From NCBI GenBank assembly GCA_963784355.1, contig CAWAQU010000011.1:1-29995 (forward strand): DNA of 29,995 bases. The letters are read 5' to 3'. Below, piece by piece: positions 26,478 through 29,995 of the stretch (positions within the stretch are counted from its first letter, which is position 1; each line of letters begins with the position of its first letter). A program made the translations under genes and the position numbers. This DNA comes from an uncultured bacterium. GTDB lineage: Bacteria > Patescibacteriota > JACMRA01. Under the pieces are notes generated by a model that was not told where the DNA came from, did not search any database, and saw nothing but the letters and a program-made list of their open reading frames with translations.

Positions 26478-28115
26478 TTAAAACCAAGTAGGTTTATTTT
26501 TTGGATTATTACTGGGATTTTGATTTGGATTTATAATACTGGGGTTGTTTGAAATACCATTGTTACCATTATTATTGTAGGGAGCTTGAGGTGTTTGATT
26601 GTTCTGATTGTATGCAACACCGTAGCCATTACTCGGATTGTTGTAATTTTGGCCGGGGTTTGGAATTTGGTTTTGCTTATTTTGGTTAAAGTTTGGATTT
26701 GATTGGCTATTTAAATTTGATTGATTTTCGACATTTTGGTAGTTGTTATAATTTGTATTTGATTGTCTATCTCCATTTGAATCTGATACATTGTTATACC
26801 CATAAACTTGGTTGCTACCATATGCCTGACTAAGGGTTTGATTTGGGGTACTCGGGTTTGAGAATTGGGTTTGGTTTAAATCCTGGAAACTACCAGCCTG
26901 TAAGTTTTGAACTGGCTGATTATTTTGGTTAGTGGGATTAGCTTCTGCCTCTAAAGCCCTTCTAAATTCGCCATCAAGAGTAGGATTTTTTCTAATATCT
27001 CGTGTTGAGCTGGGCCTAAGTTTACTGTTTTTCTCTTTACTTTTCCTAAATAGACTAGCTCGATCAATTAATAGTAAAACAATGCTTAGAACAAAAAATC
27101 CGGTTGCAATCCAAACTGCAGTAGATACTAGATTGAAGCTAAATCTAGCTAATTGCCACGAGAAAATGTTGGCTATTTTAGCGGTACTTAAACCCGGCAA
27201 TATACTAAGTTGCAAATTTGAAGTTAGATAGCTACTACCCCCGATAATTACAATTATTGCTAAAGCAAACGTAATGGTGCTGAATCCTGAAAATAATAGT
27301 ATGCGTCGTAATTCTGCTAACTGATTTCGCTCTAAAGATTTGGCTAAAAATATCAAAAATATAATCAAAATAGTGTAACCTGCAAGAATTGGTAAAATAA
27401 TAGACCGGAGTATGACAAAATAATCTCTTGTCTGGTTTATAATATTAAAACTATTTTTTTGAGTTTGGCTTACCAGCTCTTCTGCTTTCAAAGTGTTATT
27501 TAAATCCTTAAAAGTATCATTTTTGAAAAGTTTGTCTAAAATATTTTGATTATTTGGGGTGTTTGGATTGTATGCCAAAAATTCAGTTAGCGATTGACTA
27601 CCTGTTTTGACAGTTTCAGGTAAGCAAAAATTTTGGTTAGTTTCGAATCCTTGAGATTTCAACTTATTTGCTTCTTCAGTTGAGCAGGTAGATATGTTGG
27701 TTTGGTATTTTTCAGCAAAGCCTTTAGTTTCTTGATCAATTCTTTTGGAAACAGCCAGATTTACATCTTGTGTAGGTAAATAGAAATTCCAGTTTTTATC
27801 GTCACCTTTCAACCAGGCCGAAGTTAGGTCAATATTTTTTTCAAATAAATTCTGTAACCATCCTGGAGTAGCCAATTCTTCAGCAACTGAAGCAAATATC
27901 AATTGAGTAAAAGCATTTTTTGAGCTATAACCGGGTTGATAATTTTTTAACTCACCACTCAATTGTTGATAAAAATCAGAATCTTTAAGTGTGTCTTTAT
28001 GTAGTTTTGCATTTGGTAGATTTGTAGATATGCTAAATAGTATCAATATAATTGGTAATGTTGCAATGGTGAAACCACGCAAAAATTTGTATAGAGGTGA
28101 GAGCGATTTTTTCAT
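26478..28115 (-). CDS. membrane protein with N/Q/P-rich C-terminal tail
   Basis: N-terminal TM, a loop with a Cys pair, three more TMs, and ~150 aa of Asn/Gln/Pro-rich sequence ending KPTWF. Confidence 0.8.
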   Translation of the reverse strand: MKKSLSPLYKFLRGFTIATLPIILILFSISTNLPNAKLHKDTLKDSDFYQQLSGELKNYQPGYSSKNAFTQLIFASVAEELATPGWLQNLFEKNIDLTSAWLKGDDKNWNFYLPTQDVNLAVSKRIDQETKGFAEKYQTNISTCSTEEANKLKSQGFETNQNFCLPETVKTGSQSLTEFLAYNPNTPNNQNILDKLFKNDTFKDLNNTLKAEELVSQTQKNSFNIINQTRDYFVILRSIILPILAGYTILIIFLIFLAKSLERNQLAELRRILLFSGFSTITFALAIIVIIGGSSYLTSNLQLSILPGLSTAKIANIFSWQLARFSFNLVSTAVWIATGFFVLSIVLLLIDRASLFRKSKEKNSKLRPSSTRDIRKNPTLDGEFRRALEAEANPTNQNNQPVQNLQAGSFQDLNQTQFSNPSTPNQTLSQAYGSNQVYGYNNVSDSNGDRQSNTNYNNYQNVENQSNLNSQSNPNFNQNKQNQIPNPGQNYNNPSNGYGVAYNQNNQTPQAPYNNNGNNGISNNPSIINPNQNPSNNPKNKPTWF

Positions 28116-28183
28116 ACTTTTAGGTTGTATATCTTGAATAAATCAAACAATGCTTCAATTTTGTCAATGAGATTAGGTTCTGC

Positions 28184-28212
28184 TTGACAGGAATTTTTTC
28201 ACCAGCTAGAGT
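28184..28212 (+). promoter_or_regulatory. sigma70-type promoter of tRNA-Ile(TAT)
   Basis: TTGACA, 17-nt spacer, TAGAGT. Confidence 0.65.
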
Positions 28213-28225
28213 ATAGTATATAAAT

Positions 28226-28301
28226 GGGTATGTAGCTCAGGGGTTAGAGCACAGATCTTATAAGTCTGCGGTCGGCGGTTCAAATCCACCCATACCCACC
28301 A
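28226..28301 (+). tRNA. tRNA-Ile(TAT/UAU)
   Basis: 76-nt cloverleaf: GGGTATG/CATACCC, discriminator A plus CCA; D-arm GCTC/GAGC; anticodon stem CAGAT/GTCTG with loop CT-TAT-AA (anticodon 28259-28261); T-loop TTCAAAT. Confidence 0.93.
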
Positions 28302-28308
28302 TTTTTTT

Positions 28309-28998
28309 GTGTTTAATAAAAATTTAGATCAATTAATTTGGGAAAAAGATTCTTTTCCTAGGAGAATCAACGATACAGAGGATGTAATTTTAGTATGCAG
28401 ACAAGACCTAGTAATCCTAGGTTTTAAATTTTTGTTTTTATTAAGCCTTTCAATAGTACTTTTAATAATCAGAGTAATAATTTCAGGATCTATAAGCGAT
28501 ATTTTTTGGCTATCTCTTTATGATACAATAATGTACTCAGTTAATATTATTTTACTGGTAGCCTTTACTTTAACTTTCCACAACTATTATTTATCCTTAC
28601 AGGTTGTAACTAGTGAAAGAGTAATTGATATAGATCAAAGAGGAATTTTCAGTAGGGAGGTTAATGAAATGTCTTTAGAAAAAATTGAAGACATAACTTA
28701 CAAACTGAGTGGCCTGGCCGGTGTGATATTTAACTTTGGTAATGTGATTTTACAAAGCACAAGTAGCAGTAGTCCGGGCAACCCCCTTACTGAGGATAAA
28801 ATGAATGGGTTTGTATTTAATAATGTTCCGCACCCTAAAGAAATTGCCGATGAGATTTCCAATACATACCAAAGGGATCAAGAGAACGAATATAAAACTG
28901 CGGCAAAATACAATGCTCACTTTTTGGCAGAGGAATTAAATGATTTAAAACAGCATCGTGGTGATTCAGTAAGTGATAGTAGTGAAAACAATCAATAA
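28309..28998 (+). CDS. two-TM protein with bacterial PH (bPH_2-like) domain
   Basis: VVTSERVIDIDQRGIFSREVNEMSLEKIEDIT...IFNFGNVILQS...FNNVPHP. Confidence 0.85.
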   Translation: MFNKNLDQLIWEKDSFPRRINDTEDVILVCRQDLVILGFKFLFLLSLSIVLLIIRVIISGSISDIFWLSLYDTIMYSVNIILLVAFTLTFHNYYLSLQVVTSERVIDIDQRGIFSREVNEMSLEKIEDITYKLSGLAGVIFNFGNVILQSTSSSSPGNPLTEDKMNGFVFNNVPHPKEIADEISNTYQRDQENEYKTAAKYNAHFLAEELNDLKQHRGDSVSDSSENNQ

Positions 28999-29006
28999 TT
29001 GGGTTT

Positions 29007-29995
29007 CTATTCTTGCTCATTTGTGCCTGCACTTTTACTCCATACCCACAATAAAGTCCAATACAAGCTAATTGTCTGATTTTCGAACAGATGTAAAAAT
29101 AGATTGCCAATAAGAATAGCTAAGAAAGCAGCATTTACCTGCAATTCTCTAAAGTCCGGCTTTTCTCCATTTATCAAAAATTTTAGTATTGATTTTATAG
29201 GGTAAAAAAGCAGTGCAATATAAAAAATAAAATAAAATAAACCACCGTTTAGCAATATTTGAATAAACCAGTTTTCCGGAATTGTTATTCTATGCGGCAA
29301 AATATACCATTTAAAACTCAGCCCAGAATTTAGTTTAAAAAGTAAATTTTCCTTTTCGAGGTTTTGATATTCCATTTTAGCAGCCGGTCCGCTGTTACCC
29401 AGTCCAAATCCGGTAAAAAATCTTGCCGGGGAATTTGTAAAAATCTCTATATTTGCAGCAGTATTTCTATAGTGCTCGACGGTAGAGGAAGGCTTGGTGA
29501 TACTAGTTGGTAAAAATGAAGGTAAGCTAAAATTTGGACTTTGGCTGGCTGCTCCAATAGTCACAGGAATTAAAAATACAAAAATAGGGATTATTAAAGC
29601 GGTTACAACTATAAGTTTTTGTAGGAATCGAGTTTTCAGCATTAAAATAAATTCTAAAATCAGCCACACAAATAAACCTAATAAAGCATATCGAGCTTTT
29701 GTTTGGTACAGAAATATTAAATTTAATCCTAGAGCTAAAGCGTAAATAGCAAGAGTAGGGCTCAATTTTCTCGAAACTAAGGCTATTACAGTCTTTTTTC
29801 TCAAGCTTATAATTATAATAGGTAAAATCAAAAGTAAGTATCCGGCAAAATGATTTGGATTTGAAAAACTGCCTGATAATCTACATTCATCTACCTCAAA
29901 ATCAACTTTATGACAGTCCGGGTTTTTTGAAACTAGGCTATTATTGCTACCTGTTTGCAAACCTAATAAATTGAAAGTCTGGTTTTGTCCAAGTG
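29007..29995 (-). CDS. O-antigen ligase/Wzy_C-like membrane protein (5' end beyond the window)
   Basis: RLSGSFSNPNHFAGYL, TKARYA, GFGLG, PENWFIQILLNGG and many TM helices; the frame stays open to the window edge. Confidence 0.8.
   Translation of the reverse strand, partial: LGQNQTFNLLGLQTGSNNSLVSKNPDCHKVDFEVDECRLSGSFSNPNHFAGYLLLILPIIIISLRKKTVIALVSRKLSPTLAIYALALGLNLIFLYQTKARYALLGLFVWLILEFILMLKTRFLQKLIVVTALIIPIFVFLIPVTIGAASQSPNFSLPSFLPTSITKPSSTVEHYRNTAANIEIFTNSPARFFTGFGLGNSGPAAKMEYQNLEKENLLFKLNSGLSFKWYILPHRITIPENWFIQILLNGGLFYFIFYIALLFYPIKSILKFLINGEKPDFRELQVNAAFLAILIGNLFLHLFENQTISLYWTLLWVWSKSAGTNEQE

Noticed and set aside
1-29995. Alternative genetic code (UGA recoded)
   Set aside because: Conserved genes are full length under the standard code with no in-frame TGA

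Overview
AT-rich bacterial chromosomal window read with the standard code. The gene set suggests a Patescibacteria/CPR-type genome (inference): a VirB2/TrbC-like pilin, a bPH-domain membrane protein, an HTH-MurA fusion, an HTH-EgtD-like protein, and starts mostly lacking Shine-Dalgarno motifs. Housekeeping genes are gltX (with an inserted Nudix domain), recR, an rpsA-like S1 protein, radC, murA, murC, a probable rbfA, yidC and a DnaQ/DinG-like protein. Also present are a PAS-GGDEF diguanylate cyclase, a pirin, two KGG/GsiB-like stress-protein cassettes with identical terminators, tRNA-Ser(GCT) and a rare tRNA-Ile(TAT). The most striking unexplained structure is a ~95-bp element present twice in inverted orientation (~82% identical by manual alignment). 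One copy is inserted in frame in the RecR zinc finger (6099-6193) and the other lies just downstream of recR (6663-6755). Both fold into the same three-hairpin cloverleaf with compensatory changes and CUUG-type loops, suggesting an undescribed structured mobile repeat or RNA. All family calls are from motif recognition by eye; no searches were run.
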